DNA of 64,000 nt from Alphaproteobacteria bacterium (GTDB taxonomy: Bacteria > Pseudomonadota > Alphaproteobacteria > UBA828). The notes under the pieces were generated by a model that was not told the DNA's origin, did not search any database, and saw only the letters and a program-made list of their open reading frames with translations. Positions 12,675 through 22,676 of this stretch are shown one piece after another; positions within the stretch are counted from its first letter, which is position 1; the number at the start of each line of letters is the position of its first letter. The stretch lies in the NCBI GenBank assembly GCA_965220745.1, contig CBDCQT010000012.1, forward strand, positions 868,741-932,740, written 5' to 3'. Position numbers and translations under genes: made by a program.

Positions 12675-12848
12675 GCGTCTCCGGTATGTCTCTGGTTCGT
12701 GAGTCCCTCCGGAAGCGGAGAAACTTCGCGCGCCCTATAGCACAGAAGGGCGCCAATGGGCCAAGACGCTATCGAGCAGCTTTTCCAGCTTGAACACAAG
12801 CTGGGATCGTGCTGAGAAATTCGGGTTAGTCTGACGATATCTTGCTGC

Positions 12849-12938
12849 GGATGGGTGGCCGAGCGGTCGAAGGCACCGGTCTTGAAAACCGGCAGGGGCG
12901 CGAGTCCCTCGTGGGTTCGAATCCCACCCCATCCGCCA
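12849..12938 (+). tRNA. tRNA-Ser(TGA)
   Basis: GGATGGGTGGCCGAGCGG...anticodon stem-loop CCGGT-CTTGAAA-ACCGG...GGTTCGAATCCCACCCCATCCGCCA. Confidence 0.96.
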
Positions 12939-12949
12939 CTCATATGCTA

Positions 12950-12962
12950 TAATTCATTGATT
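12950..12962 (-). promoter_or_regulatory. IHF-consensus site just downstream of tRNA-Ser
   Basis: Minus strand reads AATCAATGAATTA, matching WATCAANNNNTTR, within an AT-rich patch. Confidence 0.45.
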
Positions 12963-13219
12963 AACCATGATTTTTCGTGATTTTTCAGTTTCTGTGTCCC
13001 TCAGTTTGTCTCAGAAATTCGTGGTATGGTGGCCACCTGGACCCCAGCCCGCTGCTGCTCTCCAGTGCTTGTTGTTCGGCGCGGGGGAATGGCGCCGATC
13101 GGCGTTCTAACATGTTGAGGTGGCTAGGCTTTAGGGGGTCAATGTTCCACGCTTGACAACGTCCAGGGGTCCGCGCGAAGCCCTGCACCGGTTCTTCGAC
13201 GGCGTGGAGGCGTGATTCG

Positions 13220-14146
13220 ATGCTCCTTTGCTGCGGCGAGGCTCTGATCGACATGATCCCGACACCGACCGAGTCGGGGCAGGACGGTTACGTGCCGCAT
13301 GTCGGCGGGTCGGTCTTCAACACCGCGATCGCGCTCGGACGTCTGGGCGTGCAGACCGGAATGCTGACCGGGCTTTCCTCCGATCTGTTCGGCCAGCAAT
13401 TGACCGCATCGCTTCACGCGAACCATGTCGACACATCGCTCGTCGTCACCTCCGACCGGCCCACCACACTCGCGTTCGTCCAGCTCACGGACGGCCATGC
13501 CTCCTACCTGTTCTACGACGAGAACTCGGCCGGGCGGATACTCGAACGGGCCGATATGCCCCCGCTGCCCGACGAGGTCAGCACGCTCTACTTCGGCGGC
13601 ATCAGCCTGGTCTTCGAGCCGGGTGCCGAGGCCTATGCCGCACTGCTGAAGCGTGAGGCCGCGGCCCGCGTCGTCATGCTCGATCCCAACATCCGCCCGA
13701 GCTTCATCCGGGACATCAGGCGATACCGCGACCGTCTGGACCAGATGATCGCGCTGTCGGACATCGTGAAGGTCTCCGACGAGGATCTGAACTGGATCTA
13801 TCCCGGTCCGCAGTCGCTGTTCGAAAAGCTCGATTTCGTGCGCCAGGCCGGGCCGTCCGTCGTGATCCTGACGCGCAGCGGCAGCGGTGCCACCGCCTTC
13901 CTCAAGGACGGCACCGAGGTCTCGGTTCCGGTCGACCGCGTCGACGTCGTCGACACCATCGGCGCGGGCGACACGTTCAATGCGGGCGTGCTGGCCAAGC
14001 TCGCGGAGCTCGGGCTGCTCATCAAGGCATCCCTGGCCGCCATCGAGCGCGATCCGATGCGCGAAGCGCTGCGCTTCGGCACGCGGGTCGCAGGGGTCAC
14101 CGTCTCCCGCGCCGGGGCGAACCCGCCATGGCGCCATGAGCTTTGA
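13220..14146 (+). CDS. PfkB-family carbohydrate kinase (fructokinase-like)
   Basis: GGSVFNTAIALGRLG, DPNIRP and DTIGAGDTF motifs. Confidence 0.92.
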   Translation: MLLCCGEALIDMIPTPTESGQDGYVPHVGGSVFNTAIALGRLGVQTGMLTGLSSDLFGQQLTASLHANHVDTSLVVTSDRPTTLAFVQLTDGHASYLFYDENSAGRILERADMPPLPDEVSTLYFGGISLVFEPGAEAYAALLKREAAARVVMLDPNIRPSFIRDIRRYRDRLDQMIALSDIVKVSDEDLNWIYPGPQSLFEKLDFVRQAGPSVVILTRSGSGATAFLKDGTEVSVPVDRVDVVDTIGAGDTFNAGVLAKLAELGLLIKASLAAIERDPMREALRFGTRVAGVTVSRAGANPPWRHEL

Positions 14147-14231
14147 AGGCGATATTCTCTTGATCGGTTAGTGAAGCGGGGATGCTCCTCTCAGTGGCGC
14201 CGTCTCTAGGCTGGCTGGAGGTGGACTGATC

Positions 14232-15695
14232 ATGGTTTCTCGAGTCATTCCGGTCGAGCCGTTCGATCTCGTGGTCTTCGGCGGCACTGGCGACCTGGCG
14301 CGGCGCAAGCTGCTGCCCGCGCTCTATCGCCGCATGCTTGCCGGGCAGGCGCAGCCCGGTTCGAGGATCGTCGCCGTCGGCCGCAGAGTGCTCGACGCCG
14401 ACGGTTATCGCCGCATGGCCGAGGCGTCGCTCAAGGAGCATGCGGGTCCGGGCGCGCTCGATCCCGATCGGGCGGCGGCCTTCCTCGACATGCTCGACTA
14501 CGTGCACGTCGATGCGGAGGGCGAGGGTGGCTGGGCCTCGCTCGCCGACCGGCTCGAGGGCTCTGAGCGCATGCGGATCTTCTATCTCTCGGTGGTGCCG
14601 CACCTCTTCGGGCCAATCAGCGAACGGGTGGCGCGGAGCGGCTGCCGCACGCCCGACACGCGGCTGGTGGTCGAGAAGCCGCTCGGCCGCGATCTCCAGA
14701 GCGCGCGAGCGCTGAACCGCCGGCTCGCGACGCTGTTCGAGGAGCGCCAGATCTACCGGATCGACCACTATCTCGGGAAGGAGACGGTGCAGAACCTGAT
14801 GGCGCTGCGCTTCGCCAATGCCCTGTTCGAGCCGATCTGGAACGCGCGCCATGTCGATCACGTGCAGATCACCGTCGCCGAGCGGGTCGGCGTCGGTGGC
14901 CGGGGCGCCTACTACGACGAGAACGGCGCGCTGCGGGACATGATGCAGAACCACCTTCTGCAACTGCTTTGCCTCATCGCCATGGAGCCGCCGGCGCATT
15001 TCGAGCCGGACGCGCTACGCGACGAGAAGCTCAAGGTGCTGCGCAGCCTGAAGCCGCTGGAGGGGCTCGGCGACGTGGTGCGCGGCCAGTATCTCGGCAT
15101 CAACGGCGAGGCGGGCTACCTGGAGGATGCCGAGAACCCCCGATCGCGCACCGAGAGCTTCGCGGCGATCAAGGCGGAGATCGCCAACTGGCGCTGGAAC
15201 GGGGCGCCGTTCTACCTGCGCACCGGAAAGCGGCTGCGGACGCGGATGTCGGAGATCGCCGTCGTCTTCAAGGACGCCCCGCATTCGATCTTCCCCGAGA
15301 GCGCGGGCAGCACGGGCCCCAACGTGCTGGCGATCAGGCTCCAGCCGGACGAGGGGATCACGCTGAGACTGACGATCAAGGAGCCGGGCCCCGGCGGCAT
15401 GAGGCTCTGCGAGGTGCCGCTCGACATGACCTTTGCCGAGACCCTGGGCGCTGACGGGCTGAGCATGCCGGACGCCTACGAGCGGCTGGTAATGGACGTG
15501 ATCCGCGGCGACCAGACGCTGTTCATGCGTGGCGACGAGGTCGAAGCGGCCTGGCGCTGGATCGATCCGATCATCGCGGCGGCGGAGACCGCGCCCGAGC
15601 GGCCGCAACCCTACGACAGCTATTCGTCGGGGCCGGAAGATGCGCTGATGCTGATGCATCGCGACGGCCGGCGCTGGCGCTCGCTCGCGGTGTGA
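14232..15695 (+). CDS. zwf: glucose-6-phosphate 1-dehydrogenase
   Basis: FGGTGDLA, EKPLG and RIDHYLGKE motifs. Confidence 0.98.
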   Translation: MVSRVIPVEPFDLVVFGGTGDLARRKLLPALYRRMLAGQAQPGSRIVAVGRRVLDADGYRRMAEASLKEHAGPGALDPDRAAAFLDMLDYVHVDAEGEGGWASLADRLEGSERMRIFYLSVVPHLFGPISERVARSGCRTPDTRLVVEKPLGRDLQSARALNRRLATLFEERQIYRIDHYLGKETVQNLMALRFANALFEPIWNARHVDHVQITVAERVGVGGRGAYYDENGALRDMMQNHLLQLLCLIAMEPPAHFEPDALRDEKLKVLRSLKPLEGLGDVVRGQYLGINGEAGYLEDAENPRSRTESFAAIKAEIANWRWNGAPFYLRTGKRLRTRMSEIAVVFKDAPHSIFPESAGSTGPNVLAIRLQPDEGITLRLTIKEPGPGGMRLCEVPLDMTFAETLGADGLSMPDAYERLVMDVIRGDQTLFMRGDEVEAAWRWIDPIIAAAETAPERPQPYDSYSSGPEDALMLMHRDGRRWRSLAV

Positions 15696-16345
15696 CGCGG
15701 ATCGTCGAGGCCGCGGATCGGGACGCGCTGGCCCAACTTCTGGCCGGAGACATCGCGGCGGTGCTGGAGAGGGCGATTCGAGGCAGGGGCCGGGCCGCGC
15801 TGGCGGTGCCGGGCGGCACCACGCCGGCCGCGTTCCTGACCGCGCTCGGCGGCCATGCGCTCGACTGGGGGGCCGTAGCGGTGACGCTCACCGACGAGCG
15901 CTGTGTCCGCGCCGATCATCCGCGCTCCAACCGGCGCCTGCTCGACGAAACGCTGTTTGCCGGCCCGGCCCGCGCCGCACGGTTCGTGGCGCTCGACGAC
16001 GAGCAGGCGCTTTTGGCGATCCTGCCGCTTGATGCCTGTGTGGTGGGGATGGGGGAGGATTGGCACATCGCTTCGCTCTTCCCCGGCGCCGACCGCCTGG
16101 ACGAGGCGCTTTCGGCGGACTGCGGCGCCCCGACCCTTCGGCTCCACGCCCCCGGTGCGCCCGAGGCGCGCATCACACTCACCGTGCCGGCGCTGACCGG
16201 GGCGGGCCGGTGCTTCGTATTGATCCACGGCGCAGAGAAGCGCGCGGCTCTCGAACGGGCTCGGGCTGCGGCCGGCCCTGCCGATGCCCCGGTCCGGCTG
16301 GTCCTCGACGCACCGAGGCCGGCCACCGTTTACTGGGCGCCGTGA
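15692..16345 (+). CDS. pgl: 6-phosphogluconolactonase
   Basis: PGGTTP, DERCV, GMGEDWHIASLFP and RITLT motifs; overlaps the zwf stop. Confidence 0.93.
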   Translation: MTRIVEAADRDALAQLLAGDIAAVLERAIRGRGRAALAVPGGTTPAAFLTALGGHALDWGAVAVTLTDERCVRADHPRSNRRLLDETLFAGPARAARFVALDDEQALLAILPLDACVVGMGEDWHIASLFPGADRLDEALSADCGAPTLRLHAPGAPEARITLTVPALTGAGRCFVLIHGAEKRAALERARAAAGPADAPVRLVLDAPRPATVYWAP

Positions 16346-16366
16346 GGCAACGATCGGGAGAGCCCG

Positions 16367-18181
16367 ATGCCACTGAACGATACCGTGCACCAGGTGACCG
16401 AGCGGATCCGCGCTCGGAGCCGGACCGTCCGCACCACTTATCTCGAGCGCATGGCCCGCGCTGCCGACGCGGGTCCCGCGCGCGCGCATCTCTCCTGCGG
16501 CAACCTCGCGCACGCCTTCGCCGCGAGCCCTGATACAGACAAATCGCGTCAGGCCGAGGGCACCGCCGGCAACATCGGTATCGTCACCGCCTACAACGAC
16601 ATGCTCTCGGCCCACCAGCCGTTCGAGGGCTTCCCCGCGCTGATCCGCGAGGCAGCCCGGCAAGCGGGCGGCACCGCCCAGGTCGCGGGCGGCGTGCCCG
16701 CGATGTGCGACGGTGTCACCCAGGGCCAGCCGGGCATGGAGCTCTCGCTCTTCAGCCGCGACGTGATCGCGCTCGCGGCTGGCGTGGCGCTCTCGCACAA
16801 CTGCTTCGACGCCGCGATCTTCCTGGGAGTCTGCGACAAGATCGTCCCCGGCCTCGTGATCGCGGCGGCCACCTTCGGCCATATTCCGGCGATCTTCGCG
16901 CCGGCGGGGCCGATGACCTCGGGCCTGCCCAACGACGAGAAGGCCGCCGTGCGCCAGCGCTTCGCCCGTGGCGAGATCGGCCGGGACGAGCTGATGGCCG
17001 CCGAGATGGCCTCATATCACGGCCCCGGCACCTGCACGTTCTACGGCACAGCGAACTCGAACCAGATGCTGATGGAGGTCATGGGCCTGCACCTGCCGGG
17101 CGCGAGCTTCGTCAATCCCGGCACGCCGCTGCGCGAGGCGCTCACGCAAGCGGCGGCGCGGCGGGCGCTGGAGATCACCGCTACCGGCAACTCCTACACG
17201 CCTGTGAGCGTCGTGCTCGACGAGCGTGCCTTCGTCAATGGCATGGTCGGCCTGCACGCCACGGGCGGCTCCACCAATCTGACCCTGCACCTCATCGCGA
17301 TGGCCCGCTCCGCAGGCGTGCTGATCGACTGGTCCGACATGGCGGCGCTTTCCGCGGTCACGCCGCTGATGGCGCGGGTCTATCCCAACGGGCTGGCCGA
17401 CGTGAACCACTTCCACGCCGCCGGCGGGCTCGGCTTCATGATCGGCGAGTTGCTGGAGGCCGGGCTGTTGCACGGCGACGTGCGCACCGTCGCCGGCGAC
17501 GGACTGGCCCGCTACACCGAGGAGCCGGTGCTGGGCGACGACGGGCTCGTCTGGCGCGAGGGCACGCGCGCGAGCCTGAACGAGAAGATCCTCCGCCCCG
17601 CAGCCGATCCGTTCCAGGGCACCGGCGGGCTCACCGTGCTGACCGGCAACCTCGGCCAGGCGGTGATCAAGACCTCGGCGGTCAAGCCCGAGCGCCATGT
17701 CGTCGAGGCCCCGGCGCGGGTGTTTCACGATCAGGAGGAGATCAAGGCCGCGTTCCGCGACGGCGCGCTCGAGCGCGATTTCGTCTGCGTGCTGCGCTTT
17801 CAGGGCCCGCAGGCCAACGGTATGCCCGAGCTGCACGCGCTGACGCCGGTCTTGGGTTCCGTGCAGGACCGCGGTTTCCGCGTGGCGCTGGTCACCGACG
17901 GGCGCATGTCCGGCGCATCGGGCAAGGTGCCTGCGGCCATCCACGTCACGCCAGAGGCCGCGGCGGGCGGCGCGATCGCGCGGGTGCGCGACGACGATGT
18001 GATCCGGCTCGACGCTATGGCGGGCCGGCTCGATATGCTTGGCGATGCGGCGGAGTTCGCCGCGCGCGCGCCGGCAGAGGCCGATCTCTCGGCCAATGCC
18101 AGCGGCATCGGCCGCGAGCTCTTCACCGCCTTCCGCAATAACGTCGGCCCTGCAGAAGCTGGTGCGGCGGTCGTCGTCTAG
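16367..18181 (+). CDS. edd: phosphogluconate dehydratase
   Basis: [24 protein letters not shown] and [10 protein letters not shown] motifs. Confidence 0.97.
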   Translation: MPLNDTVHQVTERIRARSRTVRTTYLERMARAADAGPARAHLSCGNLAHAFAASPDTDKSRQAEGTAGNIGIVTAYNDMLSAHQPFEGFPALIREAARQAGGTAQVAGGVPAMCDGVTQGQPGMELSLFSRDVIALAAGVALSHNCFDAAIFLGVCDKIVPGLVIAAATFGHIPAIFAPAGPMTSGLPNDEKAAVRQRFARGEIGRDELMAAEMASYHGPGTCTFYGTANSNQMLMEVMGLHLPGASFVNPGTPLREALTQAAARRALEITATGNSYTPVSVVLDERAFVNGMVGLHATGGSTNLTLHLIAMARSAGVLIDWSDMAALSAVTPLMARVYPNGLADVNHFHAAGGLGFMIGELLEAGLLHGDVRTVAGDGLARYTEEPVLGDDGLVWREGTRASLNEKILRPAADPFQGTGGLTVLTGNLGQAVIKTSAVKPERHVVEAPARVFHDQEEIKAAFRDGALERDFVCVLRFQGPQANGMPELHALTPVLGSVQDRGFRVALVTDGRMSGASGKVPAAIHVTPEAAAGGAIARVRDDDVIRLDAMAGRLDMLGDAAEFAARAPAEADLSANASGIGRELFTAFRNNVGPAEAGAAVVV

Positions 18182-18276
18182 GCGATCGTGAGCCCGCACT
18201 AAGCCGTTTGGGAGAGGTTTCGTCGCGTCACCACTTCGCCTAGCTTCAGGGCACAGCAGCCGCGCAAGACCACGCC

Positions 18277-18861
18277 GTGCCGGACATCGAAGCGTCGTTC
18301 AGCATCGACCAGCCTGCCAGTCGCGTCTGGGATTTCTTCCAGGACGTACCCGAGGTCGTGACCTGCATGCCGGGCACGGAGCTTCAGGGCCAGACCGGCG
18401 AGGCGACCTATACGGGTAAGGTGACGGTCAAGCTCGGGCCCGTGACGGCCGCTTTCGAGGGCGACGCCACCATCGCCGAGACGGACCACGACGGCCGAAG
18501 CGCCAGGATCGAAGCCTCGGGCATCGACCGCCGGGGCGGCAATCGCGCGAAGGCGAGCGTCGCCTACGAAGTCCGGGAGCAAGACGGTGGAACCCAAGTC
18601 AGGCTCCACGGTTCCATCAAACTGTCCGGCGCGCTCGCCCAGATCGGCCGCAGCGGCATCGTTCAGGACGTTGCCAACCATCTCACCGCACAGTTCGCCG
18701 CGCGCCTTCACGAAAAGCTCGCGCGCGACGGCGACGAGGCGGATGCTAGTGCGGGCGCCCAAGACCCGCCCCAGGCCATCGCGGGCTCGCAGCTCACGCG
18801 TATCGTCGTGGTGGCGTGGTTCAGACGCCTGGTCGCAGCTCTGCTTGGACGCACCACCTAA
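18277..18861 (+). CDS. CoxG/SRPBCC-family protein
   Basis: VWDFFQDVPEVVTCMPG, VKLGPV and GALAQIGR; C-terminal amphipathic tail; converges on a Mo-hydroxylase gene. Confidence 0.85.
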   Translation: MPDIEASFSIDQPASRVWDFFQDVPEVVTCMPGTELQGQTGEATYTGKVTVKLGPVTAAFEGDATIAETDHDGRSARIEASGIDRRGGNRAKASVAYEVREQDGGTQVRLHGSIKLSGALAQIGRSGIVQDVANHLTAQFAARLHEKLARDGDEADASAGAQDPPQAIAGSQLTRIVVVAWFRRLVAALLGRTT

Positions 18862-21254
18862 GAAGTACGCGCCTGCTTGAGCATCCGATGGATCGCGTCG
18901 GGCGTGAGCGGCGCCTCGCGGATCGGTGCGATGCCGAAGGGTTGCAACGCATCTTCCACCGCTGACGCATACACCTGGGCCACCGGGATGGTGCCCGCTT
19001 CGCCGACACCCTTGACGCCGAGTGGGTTGAGCGGCGACGGCGTCTCCGAATGCATGATCTCCGCGTTGGGCACTTCGGTCGCGTAGGGCATCAGGAAATC
19101 CATGAAGTTGGCGTTGAGCGGGGTTCCCTCCTCGTCGAACTCGCATCGTTCGTAGAACGCGCCGCCCACGCCTTGGGCGATCCCGCCCATCACCTGGCCG
19201 TCCACGATCGTCGGGTTGATCATCCGCCCGCAGTCGTGACTGCAGATGTAGCGCTTGACCTCGATCGTGCACAGCTCGGGATCGACCTCGATCACGGCTG
19301 CGTGAGCGCCGAAGGCCCAGGTCGCATGGGGCGGGCTGTAGTAGTCGGTCGCCTCGATCCCCGGGGTCCTGCCTTCGGCAAGCGGCGGCCCGTCGTGACG
19401 GCTCGCCGGCGCGAACTGGGTCGCGCTCTTGGAGGGCTCGTTGAAGGCGTAGCGGAGCGGATTGGTCGCGGTCGCGATCTCCGCCAGCGTCGCCCGGCGG
19501 TCGGTTCCCTTCACCCACGCCGCGCCGTCGTGGAGCTCGATGTCTTCTTGGCTGCACTCCATCATGTTCGCCGCCGCCTCGACGATCTGCGCGCGCGCCT
19601 TCACCGCGGCCATGTGGATCGCGCTGCCGCTGCACACCGCGGCGCGGCTCGCGAAGGTCGCCACTCCCCATTCAAACGCTCCGGAGTCCCCCTCGACCAC
19701 GATCACGTCCTCGACCCGTGCGCCGGTTTGTTCGGCGGCAATTTGGGCGAAGACCGTCTCGTGACCCTGGCCCTGATCGGTGAGGCCGGTGTTGACGTAG
19801 ACCTTGCCGGTGATCGGGTGGATCTTGATGTGCCCGCCCTCGTAGGGGCCGAGCCCGGTACCCTCGACGTAGAACCCGAGACCGAGACCGAGATAGCGCC
19901 CCTCGTCGCGGGCGGCCGCTTGCTCCGCACGGAAGCCCTCGACATCGATGGCCTCGCTTAGCTTGTCGAGCGACTCCTCGTAAGCGCCGCTGTCGTAAAT
20001 GACCTGGAGACCGTCGGCGAAGATCAGGCCTTCGCGCGGATAGGGAAACTCGTCCTTTCCGATGAAGTTTCTCCGGCGGACCTCGAAGCGGTCGAGGCCG
20101 AGTTCGTCCGCGAGCTGATCCATGGCGCGTTCGATGGCGTAGCAGGCGTGCGGCCGTCCGCAGCCGCGGTAGGGAGTCACTTGCACCATCGGTAAATAAA
20201 CCGGGCGGAACGTGACCCGGAAATTGGGGATGCGGTAAGGGCCCGCGATCGACGTCGAGCTCACGTGGGCGACGGCGATTCCGTAGGGGATAAACGCCCC
20301 CGTGTCGTGCAGGAACTCGTCCTTGAGGCCGATCACGCGGCCGTCCTTCATGGCCGCGATTTCGAGGGTGTGAATCTGCGTGCGCTCCTGGGAGGCGCCG
20401 ATGAAGTTTTCGACCCTGTCCTCGATGTACTTGACCGGGCGCCCGAGCTCCATCGAGGCCAGCGGCACCAGCACCTCGTCGGGGTGGAACATCATGATCT
20501 TCTGGCCGAAGCCGCCGCCCACGTTGGGCGCGATGACGCGTACCTTGTCCTCGTCGATTTGGAACAGGGAGGCCAAGCCGCCGCGCACCGAGAGCGTCGC
20601 CTGCGTGCCGTCCCACACCGTGAGCTCGCCGGTCACCGCTTCCCAGCGCGCCGCGATGGCGCGGCATTCCATCGGCGCCGCGGTGCTGCGCTCAAGCCGG
20701 ATCTTGACCCGCGTGATGTGCTCGGCCTCTGCAAACGCCGCGTCGGTATCCCCGGTCTCGACGCGGAACCTGCCGGCGGTGTTGTTGGGTACGTCCGGAT
20801 GTATACGCGGCGCATCGTCCGCGACCGCCTTTTCGAGGTCCATCTCGACCGGCAGGGGGTCGTAGTCGATGTCGATCAGGCGGACAGCATCCTCGGCGAC
20901 GTAGCGGTCGACCGCCACCACCATCGCGACGCACTGGCCAACATAGAACACGTCATCGCGGGCGAGCGGGCGCTGGGTCTTCGGATGGGTGAGGTCGGGA
21001 GCCGGTATCAGCAGTGGCAGTTCGGTATCGAGCGCGCCGATATTGTCGCAGGTGTAGACCTTGACCACACCGTCGAGCGCTTCCGCCGCGCTGATGTCGA
21101 TTGCGCGGATCTTCGCTCTGGCGACCATGCTGCGGGCGAACGCCGCGTGGAGCGCGCCGGGAAGATCGATGTCGTCGATGAAGCTTCCCTCGCCACGCAG
21201 GAGGGCGGCATCGGCGTTGCGTGCGATTGGTTCGCCGAACTGGCGCGTCGACAC
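18858..21254 (-). CDS. molybdenum hydroxylase large subunit 1 (xanthine dehydrogenase/CoxL form II-like)
   Basis: VGGGFGQK; active-site loop PYRGCGR; GQGHET; GVKGVGE catalytic Glu. Confidence 0.92.
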   Translation of the reverse strand: MSTRQFGEPIARNADAALLRGEGSFIDDIDLPGALHAAFARSMVARAKIRAIDISAAEALDGVVKVYTCDNIGALDTELPLLIPAPDLTHPKTQRPLARDDVFYVGQCVAMVVAVDRYVAEDAVRLIDIDYDPLPVEMDLEKAVADDAPRIHPDVPNNTAGRFRVETGDTDAAFAEAEHITRVKIRLERSTAAPMECRAIAARWEAVTGELTVWDGTQATLSVRGGLASLFQIDEDKVRVIAPNVGGGFGQKIMMFHPDEVLVPLASMELGRPVKYIEDRVENFIGASQERTQIHTLEIAAMKDGRVIGLKDEFLHDTGAFIPYGIAVAHVSSTSIAGPYRIPNFRVTFRPVYLPMVQVTPYRGCGRPHACYAIERAMDQLADELGLDRFEVRRRNFIGKDEFPYPREGLIFADGLQVIYDSGAYEESLDKLSEAIDVEGFRAEQAAARDEGRYLGLGLGFYVEGTGLGPYEGGHIKIHPITGKVYVNTGLTDQGQGHETVFAQIAAEQTGARVEDVIVVEGDSGAFEWGVATFASRAAVCSGSAIHMAAVKARAQIVEAAANMMECSQEDIELHDGAAWVKGTDRRATLAEIATATNPLRYAFNEPSKSATQFAPASRHDGPPLAEGRTPGIEATDYYSPPHATWAFGAHAAVIEVDPELCTIEVKRYICSHDCGRMINPTIVDGQVMGGIAQGVGGAFYERCEFDEEGTPLNANFMDFLMPYATEVPNAEIMHSETPSPLNPLGVKGVGEAGTIPVAQVYASAVEDALQPFGIAPIREAPLTPDAIHRMLKQARTS

Positions 21255-21273
21255 GTCCGGGGTCTCCGTTTCT

Positions 21274-21807
21274 CTATCGCGAGCCGCGCATCAGTTCCGC
21301 GCTTCGGCGGAAGGCGGCCACGATGTTCTTGTAGCCGGTGCAGCGGCACAGGTTGCCCGAGAGAACCTCGCGAATGGCGTCCTCCGAAAGGTCCGGATCG
21401 GGATTGTTTTCGAGGTAGTCCACGATCGACATGACGAAGCCGGGGGTACAGTAGCCGCACTGCAGCCCGTGGCATTCGCGAAAGGCTTGCTGGACGGGAT
21501 GAAGCGAGCCGTCTGGCGCGGCAACGCTCTCGATCGTGCGAATGTCGGCGCCGTCGGCCTGGACGGCGAAGGCGAGGCAAGAGCGCCCGGCCTTTCCATC
21601 GATGATCACCGTGCAGCAGCCGCAGACTCCATGTTCGCAGCCGACGTGGGTTCCCGTCAGGCGCAGCTCATGGCGGATGAAGTCGCTCAGCAGCATGCGC
21701 GGGCTGACCTCGCGCTCGACCCGCTCGCCGTTGACGGTCATCGAGACGGCGACACGCGGATCGGAGGACTGCCCGATCAGCTCCTTTCGCGCCGTCGGTC
21801 TCGCCAT
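21274..21807 (-). CDS. Mo-hydroxylase 2Fe-2S subunit 1 (CoxS-like)
   Basis: GCEHGVCGCC, QCGYCTPG and NLCRCTGY. Confidence 0.93.
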   Translation of the reverse strand: MARPTARKELIGQSSDPRVAVSMTVNGERVEREVSPRMLLSDFIRHELRLTGTHVGCEHGVCGCCTVIIDGKAGRSCLAFAVQADGADIRTIESVAAPDGSLHPVQQAFRECHGLQCGYCTPGFVMSIVDYLENNPDPDLSEDAIREVLSGNLCRCTGYKNIVAAFRRSAELMRGSR

Positions 21808-22676
21808 CACTCTCGCTCCCGCGCGCGTTCAGCAGCCTTCGCAACGGTGCGCCGGACCAATGTCGAGGCGAGGTCCCTGCGGTAGTCCGCGCTGGCCTGG
21901 CGGTCGTCGGCCGCCGTCGCATAGTCGCGGGCCGCTTCGGCAGCGCGCGCGAGCGCGTCTCCCTCCAGCGGGGTGCCCAGCAGCGCGGCCTCGGCCTCGG
22001 CGAGTCGCGTGGGCTTCGAGGCGACGCCGCAGGCGGCGAGACGCACGGCGGTGCAGACACCGTCCTTGAGGGTCACCAAAGCGCAGACCCCGGCCAACGC
22101 ATAGTCGCCGTGGCGGCGTGCGACCTCCTGAAACGCGTATCCGGTATGCGGAGGCAGGGCCGGTATGCGCACCTCGGTCAGCAGCTCGCCCGCATTCAGC
22201 GCTGTCGTCATGTGAAACAGGAAGAAGTCATCGGCGGCGATGGTCCGTTCGCTCCCGACGCTGCGCGCCACCACCGAGCCGCCCGTCGCCACCAGCATGC
22301 AGGGTAGCTCCGCCGCCGCGTCGGCATGGGTGATGCTGCCGCCGACCGTGCCGCGATTGCGGATGACGATGTGCGCGACGTTGCCCAGGACTTCCGCAAT
22401 GAGAGGGTTCGCCCGTTGAACCGCCGCATCGCGTTCGAGGTCCCGTTGACGAGTCATCGCGCCAACCCTGATGACGTCGCCCTCGACTGCGTGCCCCTTG
22501 AGCGCGCCGATCCTGCGGAGGTCCACCAGCGTCGACGGCGCGGCGATGCGAAAGTTCATCGTCGGGATCAGGCTTTGCCCGCCTGCCAGCGGCCTCGCCA
22601 AATCGTCGCTCGCCAGAACCTCCAGCGCCTCCTCGACGCTTTGCGGCGCCACGTACGCGAACAGCGCAGGTTTCAC
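21807..22676 (-). CDS. Mo-hydroxylase FAD subunit 1 (CoxM-like)
   Basis: Starts (GTG)KPALFAYVAP; LAGGQSL, IRNRGTVGGS and RRHGDYA motifs. Confidence 0.92.
   Translation of the reverse strand: MKPALFAYVAPQSVEEALEVLASDDLARPLAGGQSLIPTMNFRIAAPSTLVDLRRIGALKGHAVEGDVIRVGAMTRQRDLERDAAVQRANPLIAEVLGNVAHIVIRNRGTVGGSITHADAAAELPCMLVATGGSVVARSVGSERTIAADDFFLFHMTTALNAGELLTEVRIPALPPHTGYAFQEVARRHGDYALAGVCALVTLKDGVCTAVRLAACGVASKPTRLAEAEAALLGTPLEGDALARAAEAARDYATAADDRQASADYRRDLASTLVRRTVAKAAERARERE

Noticed and set aside
12515-12943. N-terminal extension of tig and small ORFs across 12505-12943
   Set aside because: They overlap the two tRNA genes; tig starts at 12514.
18858-22676. Aerobic CO dehydrogenase (coxMSL plus coxG)
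   Set aside because: Lacks the AYxCSFR motif and coxDEF; embedded with hydantoinase genes.
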